Source of the DNA: an uncultured delta proteobacterium
GTDB taxonomy: Bacteria; Myxococcota; Kuafuiibacteriia; Kuafuiibacteriales; Kuafuiibacteriaceae
NCBI GenBank assembly: GCA_963803435.1
Contig: CAWDML010000014.1
Location: forward strand, 128,001 to 192,000
Reading direction: 5' to 3'
DNA: 64,000 nt
Both the position numbers and the translations under genes were made by a program. Positions 29,287 through 41,504 of this stretch are shown piece by piece (position 1 is the first letter of the stretch; each line of letters opens with the position of its first letter). Under the pieces are notes generated by a model, which worked only from the letters and a program-made list of their open reading frames with translations, made no database searches and had not been told where the DNA came from.

Positions 29287-30116
29287 TGGCGGCCTTCGAT
29301 CCGCTCCGCTACTGGGAGGACCGCCACCAGGCGGCGGTCGGTCTCTCCGGCGTCGGTTATCTGGGCCTCAAGGGCTACAACGAGTGGATGTACCGGGTCC
29401 GCAAGCGCGTGTTCCGCCGCGTGCTGCGTCCGTATGCGGAGCGCCTGCGCGCGGCCCGCGTGCTCGACGTCGGCTCGGGCACCGGCTTCTACCTCTCCGA
29501 GTGGACCCGCCTGAAGGTCGGCGCGCTCACTGGCTGCGACTTCTCCACCGTCGCGCTCGAGCGGCTGCGCGCCGCCTTCCCCGCCCTCTCGATCGAGCAC
29601 CTCGACATCACCACCGAGGACACCGGCGCCCTCGACCGGCTCGGTCGCTTCGACTTCGTGTCGATCATCGACGTGCTCTATCACATCGTCGACGACGCCC
29701 TCTATGCGCGGGCGTTCCAGAACCTGGCCCGGCTCCTCGCGCCCGGCGGCGTGCTGGTGTTCACCGAGAACTTCCTCCAGCGCACGCCGCGCGGGGGCAA
29801 CGCCTGGCAGATCCTCCGCGAGCTCCGCGAGATCGAGGCCGCGGCGGCGCGCGCGGAGCTGCGGATCACCTCGCGCGTGCCCTGGTTCATGCTGATGAAC
29901 GGCCCGGTCGATACGGACAGCCGGATCCTCAAGGGCGGTTGGTGGGCCATCCAGAAGATCAGCGGTCGCTCGCGGATAGCCGGCTTCGCGATGGGCGCGG
30001 CGATGTACCCGGCGGAGGTGCTGCTCACCAAGGCGTTCGCCGAGAGCCCGACCTCGGAGATCGCGCTCGCCGAGCACGCGCCCTATTCGAACAGTCGCTC
30101 GATGCGCGACGGGTAG
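29286..30116 (+). CDS. Class I SAM-dependent methyltransferase
   Basis: MAAFDPLRYWEDR, VLDVGSGTG, DVLYHIVDD, LAPGG. Confidence 0.85.
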   Translation: MAAFDPLRYWEDRHQAAVGLSGVGYLGLKGYNEWMYRVRKRVFRRVLRPYAERLRAARVLDVGSGTGFYLSEWTRLKVGALTGCDFSTVALERLRAAFPALSIEHLDITTEDTGALDRLGRFDFVSIIDVLYHIVDDALYARAFQNLARLLAPGGVLVFTENFLQRTPRGGNAWQILRELREIEAAAARAELRITSRVPWFMLMNGPVDTDSRILKGGWWAIQKISGRSRIAGFAMGAAMYPAEVLLTKAFAESPTSEIALAEHAPYSNSRSMRDG

Positions 30117-30376
30117 CCGTAGTCCATCGGGCCGCGCCCCGGAATGCGCTCCGGCGGCGGGATGCGTCCCGGGCTGACCGGCGGCGCGCTCGACCCCGGG
30201 TTGGAGACGAAGGCGTCCACGACCATGTCCTGATGGAGCTGGCCGACGTAGGTGCCGTCCATCTTGAAGACCTGATCGCCCTGGGCGAAGCCTCGGGGAT
30301 AGCCGTCGATGTCGAACAGGAAGCCGCCCTCCAGGACGGCCACGGCCTCGCCCGCCCGGTCGTAGAGGTACTTCAT
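30083..30376 (-). CDS. Small protein resembling the 4-fold beta-flower family
   Basis: Repeated [LV][YF]D..G..[VR]G beta units followed by a Pro-rich tail. Confidence 0.6.
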   Translation of the reverse strand: MKYLYDRAGEAVAVLEGGFLFDIDGYPRGFAQGDQVFKMDGTYVGQLHQDMVVDAFVSNPGSSAPPVSPGRIPPPERIPGRGPMDYGYPSRIERLFE

Positions 30377-30423
30377 CGGTCGGCGCGTACCATGGGGCGC
30401 GACCGGCGTCCCCCGTGATTTCG

Positions 30424-30438
30424 GGGGCATTTTGCCCC
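30424..30438. promoter_or_regulatory. Palindrome GGGGCA-TTT-TGCCCC, candidate activator binding site
   Basis: Perfect 6-bp inverted repeat upstream of a sigma-54-like TGGCACGCGGAATGA (30471); near copy at 32998. Confidence 0.45.
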
Positions 30439-30481
30439 GGGGTTGCGCACGAAGATGGGACTGGGTCATCTGGCACGCGGA

Positions 30482-31219
30482 ATGAACGATCCGGTGAGCT
30501 TCGACCCTCTTTCGGTCGACGCGGAGATCGACATCGTGGCGGCGCAGCAGCAGCTCGAGCATGTGACGCGCCTGGCGACGCTGGGGACCCTCGCCTCCGG
30601 CATCGCCCACGAGCTGGGCACCCCGCTCAACGTGGTGCTGGCGCGGGCCAAGATGATCGCGCGCGGTGAGGTGGACGGCGACGACGTCAAAGGCAACGCG
30701 AACGTGATCGTCGAGCAAGCCGAGCGGATGACCCGCATCATCGCGCAGCTCCTCGACTTCGCGCGCGACCGGCGGCCGCGTCAGACGCGCCTCGACCTCG
30801 CGCACACGATCGCGCAAGCCATCTTGCTCCTCGAGCCGATCGCCGACGAAGCCCGCGTGCGCATCGAGCGGGTACCCGGTCTCGCACCGCGAGATCCAGG
30901 CCGATGGCCACCAGCTCCAGCAAGCGCTGACCAACCTCATGCTCAACGGGATCCAGGCGATGCCGGACGGCGGCACGCTCTCGGTCGGCGCCGAGCCCAA
31001 GGACGACGAGATCCACATCTTCGTCGCAGACCAGGGGATCGGCATCCCGCCGGAGGATCAGGAGCGGATCTTCAAGGCTTTCTACACCACCAAGGAGTCG
31101 GGCCAGGGCACCGGGCTCGGCCTGGCGGTCTGCGACCGGATCGTGAAGGACCACGGCGGGCACATCCTTCTGGAGAGCGAGGTCGGGCGTGGTAGCCGCT
31201 TCACGATCGTCCTTCCACA

Positions 31220-31223
<4 letters not shown>
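30482..31223 (+). CDS. Histidine kinase, HisKA + HATPase only (frameshift near 30885; start uncertain)
   Basis: IAHELGTPL H-box, NLMLNG N-box, DQGIGI, FYTTK..GQGTGLGL. Confidence 0.85.
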
Positions 31224-32594
<1,371 letters not shown>

Positions 32595-32655
32595 GCAGGT
32601 TCGAACGACGGGTCTTGCCCTCCGACGGACGCCGGTACAGAAGCGAGACAGAAAC

Positions 32656-32973
32656 ATGATCTCGACGAAGAAACGACTGCCCAAGCTCGCCGACTTCATC
32701 CGGGAGGCTCGGGCGTACCACCCCGGCGCCCGCTCGCCCTTCTTCGCTCGGCTGGCCGCGCTCCGCGCCGAGATCGTCTACGGGCTTCCGGCGGACGAGG
32801 CCTACCGGCGTATCACCGGAGACAACAAGAAGCCGGTGCCCGACGCGAAGAAAGACGAGAAGGCCATCGTCGACACCATGGTCGAGCTCGGGACGTATGA
32901 GGACGGAGCCCAACCGCCACCCTGGATGCGGGGCCGCGATCCGATCGACCGCGCCTTCGAGGAGGTCGAGTGA
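32656..32973 (+). CDS. Hypothetical protein
   Basis: 105-aa ORF with host-like codon usage filling the gap; no recognised motif. Confidence 0.55.
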   Translation: MISTKKRLPKLADFIREARAYHPGARSPFFARLAALRAEIVYGLPADEAYRRITGDNKKPVPDAKKDEKAIVDTMVELGTYEDGAQPPPWMRGRDPIDRAFEEVE

Positions 32974-32997
32974 CGACGCCCTCAGGTGGGACGTCGA

Positions 32998-33012
32998 GGG
33001 GCAATCTGCTCC
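32998..33012. promoter_or_regulatory. Imperfect palindrome GGGGCA-ATC-TGCTCC, candidate activator binding site
   Basis: Near copy of 30424-30438, 55 bp upstream of a GG-N10-GC element. Confidence 0.4.
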
Positions 33013-33066
33013 CTATTCGACCCCAACGCGACGCGTTGCAAGCTGGCTTGCAGCTGACGAAACGCG

Positions 33067-33082
33067 TGGCATATGGCATGCT
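33067..33082 (+). promoter_or_regulatory. Putative sigma-54 promoter
   Basis: TGGCATATGGCATGCT has GG-N10-GC spacing, 11 nt before GTG 33094. Confidence 0.55.
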
Positions 33083-33093
33083 GATCACCTCCT

Positions 33094-34271
33094 GTGCCGA
33101 TCCCGGCGAAGCGGCTGCTCTCGATCTTCCTCACCTTTGCCGCGGCCGCCTCGGCGTCCGCACCCGCGGGTGAGCTCAAGCATGGCGGCGATCCGACGCG
33201 CCTGATCCCGGCGCCGGAGATCCAGAAGAGTGTGGTGCTGAGAAGCAGGAGGGCGGCGTCTTCGCGCGCCGTCATCGCGGCGACTGGGAGCCGAGCAACG
33301 CCGCGCTCTTCACGTACTCCGGATACTGGGAGGACTCGATCTCGGTGATGGTCGAGGCCGCGCAGGACGAGGTCGACGTCCTCGTGCTCACGCCCACCGA
33401 CGAGCTCGCCGACGCGCGCAGCTGGATCCGACAGGAGCGCTTCGATCGCCGGCGCGTGAAGCTCATCCCGGTCAAGCTCGACACGCCCTGGGTGCGCGAC
33501 TACGGACCGTTCCAGGTGGTCGACGTCCAGGGTCGCGTCAGCTGGGTCGACGCCATCTACTCCGGCGCCCGGCCGAAGGACGATCGCATCCCGCGGATCC
33601 TGGGACAGCGCCTGGGCGTGCCGGTGGAGCGGGTCAACGTCACCCTCGACGGCGGGGGCCTGATCAGCAACGGCAGCGGCCTCTGCGTCATGACGCGGGA
33701 GAGCCTCGACGACAGCGGCGTCTCGGTGGAGGACAACGCCAGGGTACCAGAACATGCTCCGCAAGCTCGGTTGCGCGGCGATGGCGATCGTCCCCGCGCT
33801 CGCAAACGAGGCGACCGGGCACGTGCGACATGTTCGCCCAGTTCCTCTCGCCGCGGCGGCTCCTGATCGCCGAGGTCGATCAGGTACGCTGGGAGGAGGA
33901 CCACGGGCGCCTCGAGGAGGCGCTCCGCGGGATCCGCGAGGGCGCCCGCGCGCTCGGCCAGGAGCTCGAGGTCGTCGCGCATCCCGCTGCCGATGCCCTC
34001 GTACGATCACTACCGCAGCTACGTGAACGGCCTCAGGCTGGGCAGCTCGTTCCTGGTCCCGAGCTACGGCGACGTCGACCCGGAGGAGGAGACCGAGGCC
34101 TACGAGATCCTGGAGGGCGCGATGCCGGGCGTGCACCTGGCCCCCATCCCGGCCGACCGCATGATCGAGCTCGAGGGCGCGATCCACTGCCTGTCGCAGT
34201 CGCTGATGCTGCCGCGGCGCCAGCCGCTGGCCCGGCGCAAGGCGCCCCCGAACGGCCTCAAGCCGGGATAG
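33094..34271 (+). CDS. Exported agmatine/peptidylarginine deiminase family protein (several frameshifts)
   Basis: Signal peptide ...FAAAASASA; WVRDYGP, LDGGGLISNG, TGHV(D)MF, SYVN, VPSYG, GAIHCL across frames. Confidence 0.8.
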
Positions 34272-34276
34272 CGCGC

Positions 34277-36485
34277 TCAGCGGGGCACGGCGCCGAGCTC
34301 GAACGTCTGGTTCTCCGGCAGCGTGTCGAGCACGACCCGCCGGCGATCGATCCTGAACCCGCTGCACGCCCCGCAGGTGAACGACGCGAGCTCGTCGCCA
34401 AACTCGAGTGTCAGCCCGGTGACCGGACGGCTCCCGGTGGTGAGCGTGCCCCGATAGCCGCCGGCCGTGTCGAAGGTGGCGTCGAACGCGACCTCGGCGC
34501 GCGCGCGCCAGAAGTCGACGAAGGCGTCGGTACCCATGTCGATCTTCACGCCGGCGGCGCCGGCCTCCGAGAGCAGCCGATCGGCGGCGGCCACCTTGGT
34601 CGCCAGGTTCTCCGGCCCCACCCCGATGCCGTAGGAGGGATGGATCAGCGCCGTGGTGATGGCGTGATTGGCGGCGTTCCGGCGCAGCACGTAGGTCCAG
34701 TTGGACATGAACCGCTCGAAGTACGACGGCTGGAGCTCGATGCGTCGCTCGACGCCGTGGTCGTCGAAGTAGCCGATGCCGTCCTCGATCGGAGATCGGA
34801 AGCTCGTACAGCGGGCGGTGGTGGAAGACGTCCTGCGCGAAGCCGACCCGCTCCAGCGAGAACGGGACGCCAATCTTGAAGTCACCGATGGCGAAGCTCG
34901 AGTCCGAGATGAAGCCGTTCTCGAAGAGCACATCGTACTGCGAGGCGTGGATGTACAGGTAGGGCGAGCGCCAGATGCGCGGTGCGCGCCCCGAGGCGCG
35001 CTCCAGCAGCTGCTTCGAGACGCGGACCTCGCCGCAGAGCGTGCTCTGCCTCGACTCGTCATTGAGATAATTGACGACCGTCTCCATGCAAGTGCCCAGC
35101 GGTTGCGTCTGGAAGTCGGCGCCGTGGCGGACCGAGTGCGCGCCGATGGGGCACATGCCACGGGCGCACAGATCGGCGACGACGTCCGGGTCGTAGTAGG
35201 CACTGATGTAGTCAGTGGTCACGTAGTCGGTGCCGATCGCGCCGTGCTGGACCTCGACGTCCGCGACCTGGAGCGCCCCCGGCTCCCCCAGCTGCCGCGC
35301 TGCTGGGCGTCGGGCGCGTCGACGTCGTGGGTCAGCATCATCATCGAGTCCTCTTTGCCGGGGACCGTGTGGAGGAGCATGACGTGGCCGAGCGAGGCCT
35401 CCCGCAGCGCGCCCTCGAGGAACAGGGCCAGCAGATCCCGCCCAGGCTCGAAGCAGTTGATGTAGCAGCGGTAGTGGTCGAACGAGAAGAGATCGTGACC
35501 CAGCGCGTATACGGCGCCTCGCCCGAGCGCGCGCCGGGTGATCGCGGGACCGGCTCGGCGCCGGCGAGCGCGCCGTGCGCGATCACCTCGGCGCCGGCGC
35601 CGGGCGCGAGCGTGTACTCGAAGACCTCGACCGGGCTCTTCACCGGATTCCTCGGTCACCAGCAGCTGGCGCTCCTCGGGGCTGTCGAACGCGGACACCG
35701 GGGCGCAGGCGAGACCATCGAAGAGCACCTCGTCGAGATCGAGGCGCTGCCGGGCGGCTGTCAGACCCGCCAGGTCGAGCGCGTTCGAGCTGGTGGCGTC
35801 GCCGATCGGCCGCGTCATGACCAGCACGCCGCCCCGCTCCACGAACCGCTGGAGCGCCGCCCGCTCGGCGCCACCCATCACGCCGCCCTCGAGATAGGCC
35901 GGCACGAACGCCACCGCATACTCGTCGAGGTGTGCGATCGTGTCCTGCCAGTCCGTGCCCTCGAATCGGTACGTCGAACGGGATCCCGAAGCCGCGCAGG
36001 AGCTCGGCCTGGCTATCGATCAGGTCGGCGGCCTCCGCCCACAGGTACTGCGGCACCAGGAACGTCAGCCGCGGGTGAACGGCCGCCGGGAGCACTTCAT
36101 CGACCTCGCCGTCGCAGTCGTTGTCGACGCCGTCCATGACCTCGGGCAGCGGCGCCGCGCCCATGCACACGCGCGCGCCGCCGAAGCAGCCCGCGAAGCC
36201 CTCCGCGCAGGCGCCGAGCCCGCCGGTCGAGCAGGCGTTGGCGGCGACCGGCAGCAGCAGATCGACGATGCCGTCGCAGTCGTTGTCGAGGCCGTCGCAG
36301 CGGGTTTCGACGGGCTCGTAGCGCGGATCGCCGGGCGGGATCGGGCAGGTCGGTCCGGCGTCGACGGGGACCGCCGCGTCCTCGGCAACGCCGGCGTCGG
36401 TGGGGCTGACGACCGCGGGGGGCGGATCCGCCTCGCAGGCGGTGGAGACGAGCGCAGCGAGCGCGACCCAGACGATGCGGGTCAA
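34277..36485 (-). CDS. Multidomain lipoprotein: CDG.DNDCDG metal-binding repeats plus a polysaccharide deacetylase-like domain (frameshifted)
   Basis: STAC lipobox; ETRCDGLDNDCDG and DGVDNDCDG; LTHDVDA, WRSPYL, ALIHP across track ORFs 35640, 35219 and 34277. Confidence 0.65.
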
Positions 36486-36498
36486 TACAGCGCTGATG

Positions 36499-37872
36499 CT
36501 AACCCATGTTCCGGATGATGTGGTCGCCGAACTCGGAGCACTTCACTTGCGTGGCGCCGTCCATCAGGCGGTGGAAGTCGTATGTGACGGTCTTGGCGCC
36601 GATCGCGCCGTCGATGCCCTTGATGACAGGTCGGCGGCCTCGGTCCAGCCCATGTAGCGGAGCATCATCTCGCCGGAGAGGATGACCGAGCCGGGGTTGA
36701 CCTGGTCCTGGTTGGCGTACTTGGGCGCGGTGCCGTGCGTGGCCTCGAAGATCGCGTGGCCGGTGTCGTAGTTGATGTTGCCGCCCGGCGCGATGCCGAT
36801 GCCGCCGACCTGCGCCGCCAGCGCGTCGGAGAGGTAGTCGCCGTTGAGGTTGAGCGTGGCGATGACGTCGAACTCGCGCGGCGCGCGTCAGGACCTGCTG
36901 GAGCATGATGTCGGCGATGGTGTCCTTGACCACGACTTCTCCTTGCCGCGCCGTGCGTCGGCCGCAGCTCGAGCTCGGCGACGACTTCGGCCTCGGGCCT
37001 CTCTCGGGCGTCGATCGTCGTCCGTCTCTCACTTGACGTCGGCCCGCACCGGCTTCAGCCGTACCGAGATCCGACTCGCGTCGTCACTACGCGACATCCT
37101 GGCGACCTGGTAGCCCCAGTCGCTGAAGGCGCCCTCGGTGAACTTCATGATGTTGCCCTTGTGCACGAGCGTGACCGACGTTCCGGCTAGGATCGTGTGC
37201 ACGAGGCGCGTAGCTCGGATCTGCCGCGCCGCCGACCAGCCGCTCGGAGCCCGTTCACTGGGACACCGGCTTGAGTGCCGATCCGCTCGAGGCCTTCGGG
37301 CGAATCGGATCTTCCTGTACTCGCTTGGGGAAGTTCTCGCGCGAGGAGTCTGCAGCTTCTCGGCGTCCTCGCGTCCCCTCCTCGAACTCGATGCCCGGCG
37401 TAGATGTCTTCGGTGTTCTCGCGGAAGATGACAATGTCGACATGCGCCGGGATCCTTCACCGGCGAAGGCACGCCCTGGAACCAGCGCACCGGGCGGAGG
37501 CAGACGTAGAGGTCGAGCATCTGGCGGAGCGCGACGTTGAGCGAGCGGATGCCGCCGCCGATGGGCGTGGTGAGCGGGCCCTTGATGCCGACGAGGTAAT
37601 GGCGGAAGGCCTCGAGCGTCGCGTCCGGGCAGCCAGTTGCCGGTCTGCGTTGAAGGCCTTCTCGCCGGCGAGCACCTCGTTCCACGTCGATCTTCCGCTT
37701 GCCGCCGTAGGCCTGCTCGACCGCCGCATCGAAGACGCGCACGCGACGCCCGCCAGATGTCGGGGCCGGTCCCGTCGCCCTCGATGAACGGGATGATCGG
37801 CTGATCGGGGACCTTCAGCCGACCGTCCTCGATCCGAATGGTGTCGCCCTCGGGCGCCTTCCGTTCTGCCAT
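36499..37872 (-). CDS. icd: NADP-dependent isocitrate dehydrogenase (many indels, garbled centre)
   Basis: [91 protein letters not shown]. Confidence 0.92.
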
Positions 37873-38030
37873 GATCCGTCGGCGGTAGTACGAGACTCGA
37901 CCTCTGTAAAGCGCGGACATCCGTCCGCAACCCGACCTGCCGTCCGCACGCGGCCCGCGGACATCGATCCGCACTCGCGCGCTGGACCCAGCCGCCCGGC
38001 CTGGCCCGCGCCTTGCGCAGGGACGAGCCG

Positions 38031-39230
38031 ATGCGCAGAGCTCTCCCCCTCGGTGCGCTCGGGTTCACCCTCTTCGCCTGTCAGGGCGAGGGACCCGGCG
38101 TCCTGCCTGACGATCCGAGCACCGTCGTCCGACCCGAGCGCGTCGACGCGCTGACCGCGGCGCTGACCCGGCTCGCGCTGCCCGACGCGCTCGCCGGCGA
38201 CGCGACGCTCGCAATCGCGGTGCTCGACGGGACCGGCGCGCTGGTCGGAGGCGCCGCCGGCCTCTATGAGGTCGGCGGCGACGCGCTGGTGCCGATCGAC
38301 GATCGCGCCGTCACCGCGCTGGCCGCCCTCGACGGCACCGGTATCGTCGTCGGCCATCCCGACGGCGTCTCGCTCTGGAACGGCACGCTCGTCGAGTCGC
38401 CGCTCCGCGAGGCCATCGACGGCATGGCGGTGGCGTCCCTCCTGGAACGCTCGGGCACGCTCTTCATCGGGACCCGGGACTCGCTCTTCCTGCTCGAGGA
38501 CGGAGAGCTCCTCCAGTTCGACGAGGTGGCCGGCGCAAGCAGGCTCGCAGGCTACGCCGCCGGTCCCACGCTCGTGATCGACGACCGCCTGGCGCTCCGG
38601 GCGGACGCGACCCCCGGCTGGTCGCTCCAGGATCTCACCGACGAATCTCGCCCGAGCACACGATCCCCGCCGCCGGCGACCGCCTGCTGGCCAGCCGCGA
38701 CGGCGCCCTGTTCGAGCGGCTCGCCGTGGACGCCGGCGTCGTGTGGCGGCCGGTCGCGCTCACCGCAGACGCCGGCGACGTGGGCGCCCGCGGCGTGATC
38801 GCGCTGGCGACCGATCCGATCTCGGGCAACGCGTGGATCGTCACCTCCGATCGAATCGCGCGTGCCGGCGGCAACACCGTCGCAGCCATGGACTATCCGG
38901 CGGAGCTCGGGCCGCCGATCGCGGTCCGCGCCACCCGGGACGGCGCGCTGTGGATCTCGGACGGGCACTCGCTGGCTCGGCTCGGCGACGACGAAGGTCC
39001 CGTCACCTACGCCAAGGACATCGCGGCGTTCTCCGCCAACAACTGCGAGCGGTGCCACCGGCCGCTCGGCGTCGGGCATCCGCTCGACTCGTTCGAGGCC
39101 TGGAGGACCGACATCGATCGGATCCTCACCGACCTCGACGAGATGCGCATGCCTCAGGACGGCGCGCCCCTGATGGGCGGCACCGTCGAGCTCGATCCGA
39201 TCCTGGAGATCGGACGGGCTCCTGCCGTGA
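38031..39230 (+). CDS. Lipoprotein with beta-propeller-like region and C-terminal c-type heme motif (frameshifted)
   Basis: LFAC lipobox; VTY..DI..F..NNCERCH ... MP; stop at 39228-39230 after a frame shift. Confidence 0.65.
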
Positions 39231-39241
39231 GGAGAGGAAAG

Positions 39242-40837
39242 ATGAAGCTCACCGGTTTCTTCGTGCTGGTCGTCGGTCTCGCGCTGCCCGGGTCGGTCTT
39301 CGCCCAGGTCTGCCAGGAGAGCGACGTGCAGGCCAACTTGCAATATCTACGGCGCCTCAGCCTCGATCTGCGTGGACGGCTGCCTTCGCTCGACGAGCTG
39401 AACGCCGTGGTGGCGTCCGGCAACGTCGAGCCGGCCGCGATCGATCAGATGCTCGCGTCCGAGGACCTGGTCCAGCAGATGCGCGACTACCACCGCGATC
39501 TCCTGTGGACGAACGTGACCGACCGCCAGCTGGTCCGGAACATCTGGCTGCTGCGGGGACCCGGTGCACGCGGCGGAACCGGCCCCTACTACATGGCTGC
39601 GAACGCGCGGACCAACCTGTACCGCGGCGCGCAGGTGCCCTGCCTCGACGAGCCCGCCAGCTTCGATCCCGACACCGGCGCGATCCTCACCACGCCCGAC
39701 GCGACCGATCCGACCATCCAGCGCGAGGGCTGGGTCGAGGTCGCACCGTACTGGGCGCCCGACACCACGGTTCACGTCTGCGCCTTCGACGCGCAGACCG
39801 CCGCGACGGCGCCCGACGGACAGGGTCGCCCCGTCGACTGCTCGCTCCAGATCAACGCGAAGGGCTGCGGCTGCGGGCCAAACCTCAGGTGGTGCCAGTC
39901 GCTCGGCGACAACACCTCGCGGACCATCCTGACCTCGATGAACGAGCAGCTCCTCCGCTTCACCGACGCCGTGGTGCGCGAGGACCGGCCCTACTCGGAC
40001 GTAATCCTGGCGAAGGACATGGAGATCGACGGACCGATCGCGTTCTGGCTCCAGAATCAATCGCAGACCGCCGGCAACCTGCTGTACGCCGGGCCGGACC
40101 AGAACTATCCGGTGCCGGACCTGGCGTTCGACGATCCGAGCTGGCACGGGGTCGAGCGCGGTACCCGCCACGCCGGCGTGCTCTCGATGCCGGGCTATCT
40201 GGTGAAGTTCCAGTCCAACCGCGGGCGCGCGAACCGGTTCTACAACGCGTTCCTCTGCCAGTACTTTCAGTCGCAGAACCCGTTGCCGCCCGCGACCGAT
40301 CCCTGCCACCTGGAGCCGGATCTCACGCAGCGCTGCGGGTGCAAGGACTGCCACACCACGCTCGAGCCCGCTGCAGGTCACTGGGGCCGATGGGCCGAGG
40401 CCGGCCTCCTCCCGCTCGAGCCGGCGGGCTACCCGAAGTACGATCCGACCTGCGCCGGCGTGAACGGGCGGAACGGTCCGGCGATCTGCCAGTTCTACTT
40501 CACGCCGCGGGACGTGACGAATCCGGAGCTCGAGCAGCCGTTCGTCGGGATGCTCAAGCCCTACGTGTTCGCGAGCCCCGAGACCGAGGCCAACATCGAC
40601 GCGGGCCCAGAGAAGATCGCGCACGAGGCCATCGACTCCGGCGCCTTCGCGTCCTGCACGGTTCGAAAGATGTGGACGCGGTTCATGGCGCGCGATCCCT
40701 CGCTGGAGGAGGAGTCGCTGATCACGGCGCTCGCCGGGGACTTCGCGACCGACTACAGCCTGAAGCGTCTCATCCGCTCGATCGTGACGCGCCCCGAATA
40801 CGTGTCCGCCGGCCTCTACCAGCAGAGCGCCGAGTGA
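39242..40837 (+). CDS. Exported Cys-rich DUF1549/DUF1585-like protein with CxxCH
   Basis: Signal peptide; YLRRLSLDLRGRLPS, HAGVLS.PG.L..F..NRGRAN..Y..FLC, CKDCH.TLEP, SLKRLIRSIV..PEY. Confidence 0.75.
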   Translation: MKLTGFFVLVVGLALPGSVFAQVCQESDVQANLQYLRRLSLDLRGRLPSLDELNAVVASGNVEPAAIDQMLASEDLVQQMRDYHRDLLWTNVTDRQLVRNIWLLRGPGARGGTGPYYMAANARTNLYRGAQVPCLDEPASFDPDTGAILTTPDATDPTIQREGWVEVAPYWAPDTTVHVCAFDAQTAATAPDGQGRPVDCSLQINAKGCGCGPNLRWCQSLGDNTSRTILTSMNEQLLRFTDAVVREDRPYSDVILAKDMEIDGPIAFWLQNQSQTAGNLLYAGPDQNYPVPDLAFDDPSWHGVERGTRHAGVLSMPGYLVKFQSNRGRANRFYNAFLCQYFQSQNPLPPATDPCHLEPDLTQRCGCKDCHTTLEPAAGHWGRWAEAGLLPLEPAGYPKYDPTCAGVNGRNGPAICQFYFTPRDVTNPELEQPFVGMLKPYVFASPETEANIDAGPEKIAHEAIDSGAFASCTVRKMWTRFMARDPSLEEESLITALAGDFATDYSLKRLIRSIVTRPEYVSAGLYQQSAE

Positions 40838-40847
40838 GGAGGATGTG

Positions 40848-41492
40848 ATGAAGACGCGACTCTGGATCCTCACCTGTCTCCTGTACGCCTGCAACGCGGC
40901 GCCCGTCGGCGTGACGCCTCCGCTCGGCGAGCCCGTCTACGAGGACACCTGGACCCACGCCAACCCCGGCTCGAAGGGTCCGGCGGTCCTGAGCCCGAGC
41001 GACGCCAACGGCAAGGTCGCCCGAAGGATCTCGGTCGAGCAGCTCCGGCGCTCGATCCCGCAGCTCTTCGACGGCATCACCTGGACGATCCGCGTGGGCC
41101 GCAACGACCTCGACGCGTTCGACGCGCTCTCGCGGACGCTGGGCGAGCCCGACTACATCACGGTCACCAGCGAGAACCGCGACGCCTCGCCGCTGTTCGC
41201 GAAGTACATGGACGACATGGCCGGCGACGTCTGCGGCAAGGCGATCGCGCGCGATCGAGCGGGCGCACCGGGCGACCGGCCGCTCGTGATGGTGAAGGAC
41301 GACGTCGACGCAAACCTGCGCTACCTGCGCCTGGCGCTCCACGGGATCTGGGTACCCGCCGACTCGACGGAAGGGCTCGCGGATCTGCACCAGCTCTACG
41401 ACGACGTCTTCACCGAGACCGGCGACAGCGGCAGCGCCTGGTACGGCGTTTGTGTCGCGATGCTCACCGCCCCCGAGCTCATGGCTTACTGA
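40848..41492 (+). CDS. Hypothetical lipoprotein of the DUF1501 operon
   Basis: LYAC lipobox, GAGGAG RBS, RRISVEQLR..., W.GVCVAML..PE...Y end. Confidence 0.7.
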   Translation: MKTRLWILTCLLYACNAAPVGVTPPLGEPVYEDTWTHANPGSKGPAVLSPSDANGKVARRISVEQLRRSIPQLFDGITWTIRVGRNDLDAFDALSRTLGEPDYITVTSENRDASPLFAKYMDDMAGDVCGKAIARDRAGAPGDRPLVMVKDDVDANLRYLRLALHGIWVPADSTEGLADLHQLYDDVFTETGDSGSAWYGVCVAMLTAPELMAY

Positions 41493-41504
41493 GGAGAATC
41501 GAAG

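Noticed and set aside
27468-30116. Apparent acyl-CoA ligase-methyltransferase fusion (882 aa)
   Set aside because: The junction CGGATTCTGATG becomes CGG ATC TGA with an overlapping ATG after removing one T, matching the recurrent GATC to GATTC error.
26862-30476. Very long antisense and alternate-frame ORFs (also 17298..20021, 21966..23948, 59059..60969)
   Set aside because: Shadow ORFs typical of high-GC DNA, overlapping well-supported genes and lacking motifs.
38726-40837. Single 703-aa di-heme protein
   Set aside because: A frameshift near 39193 bypasses the stop at 39230; the second gene has its own RBS and signal peptide.
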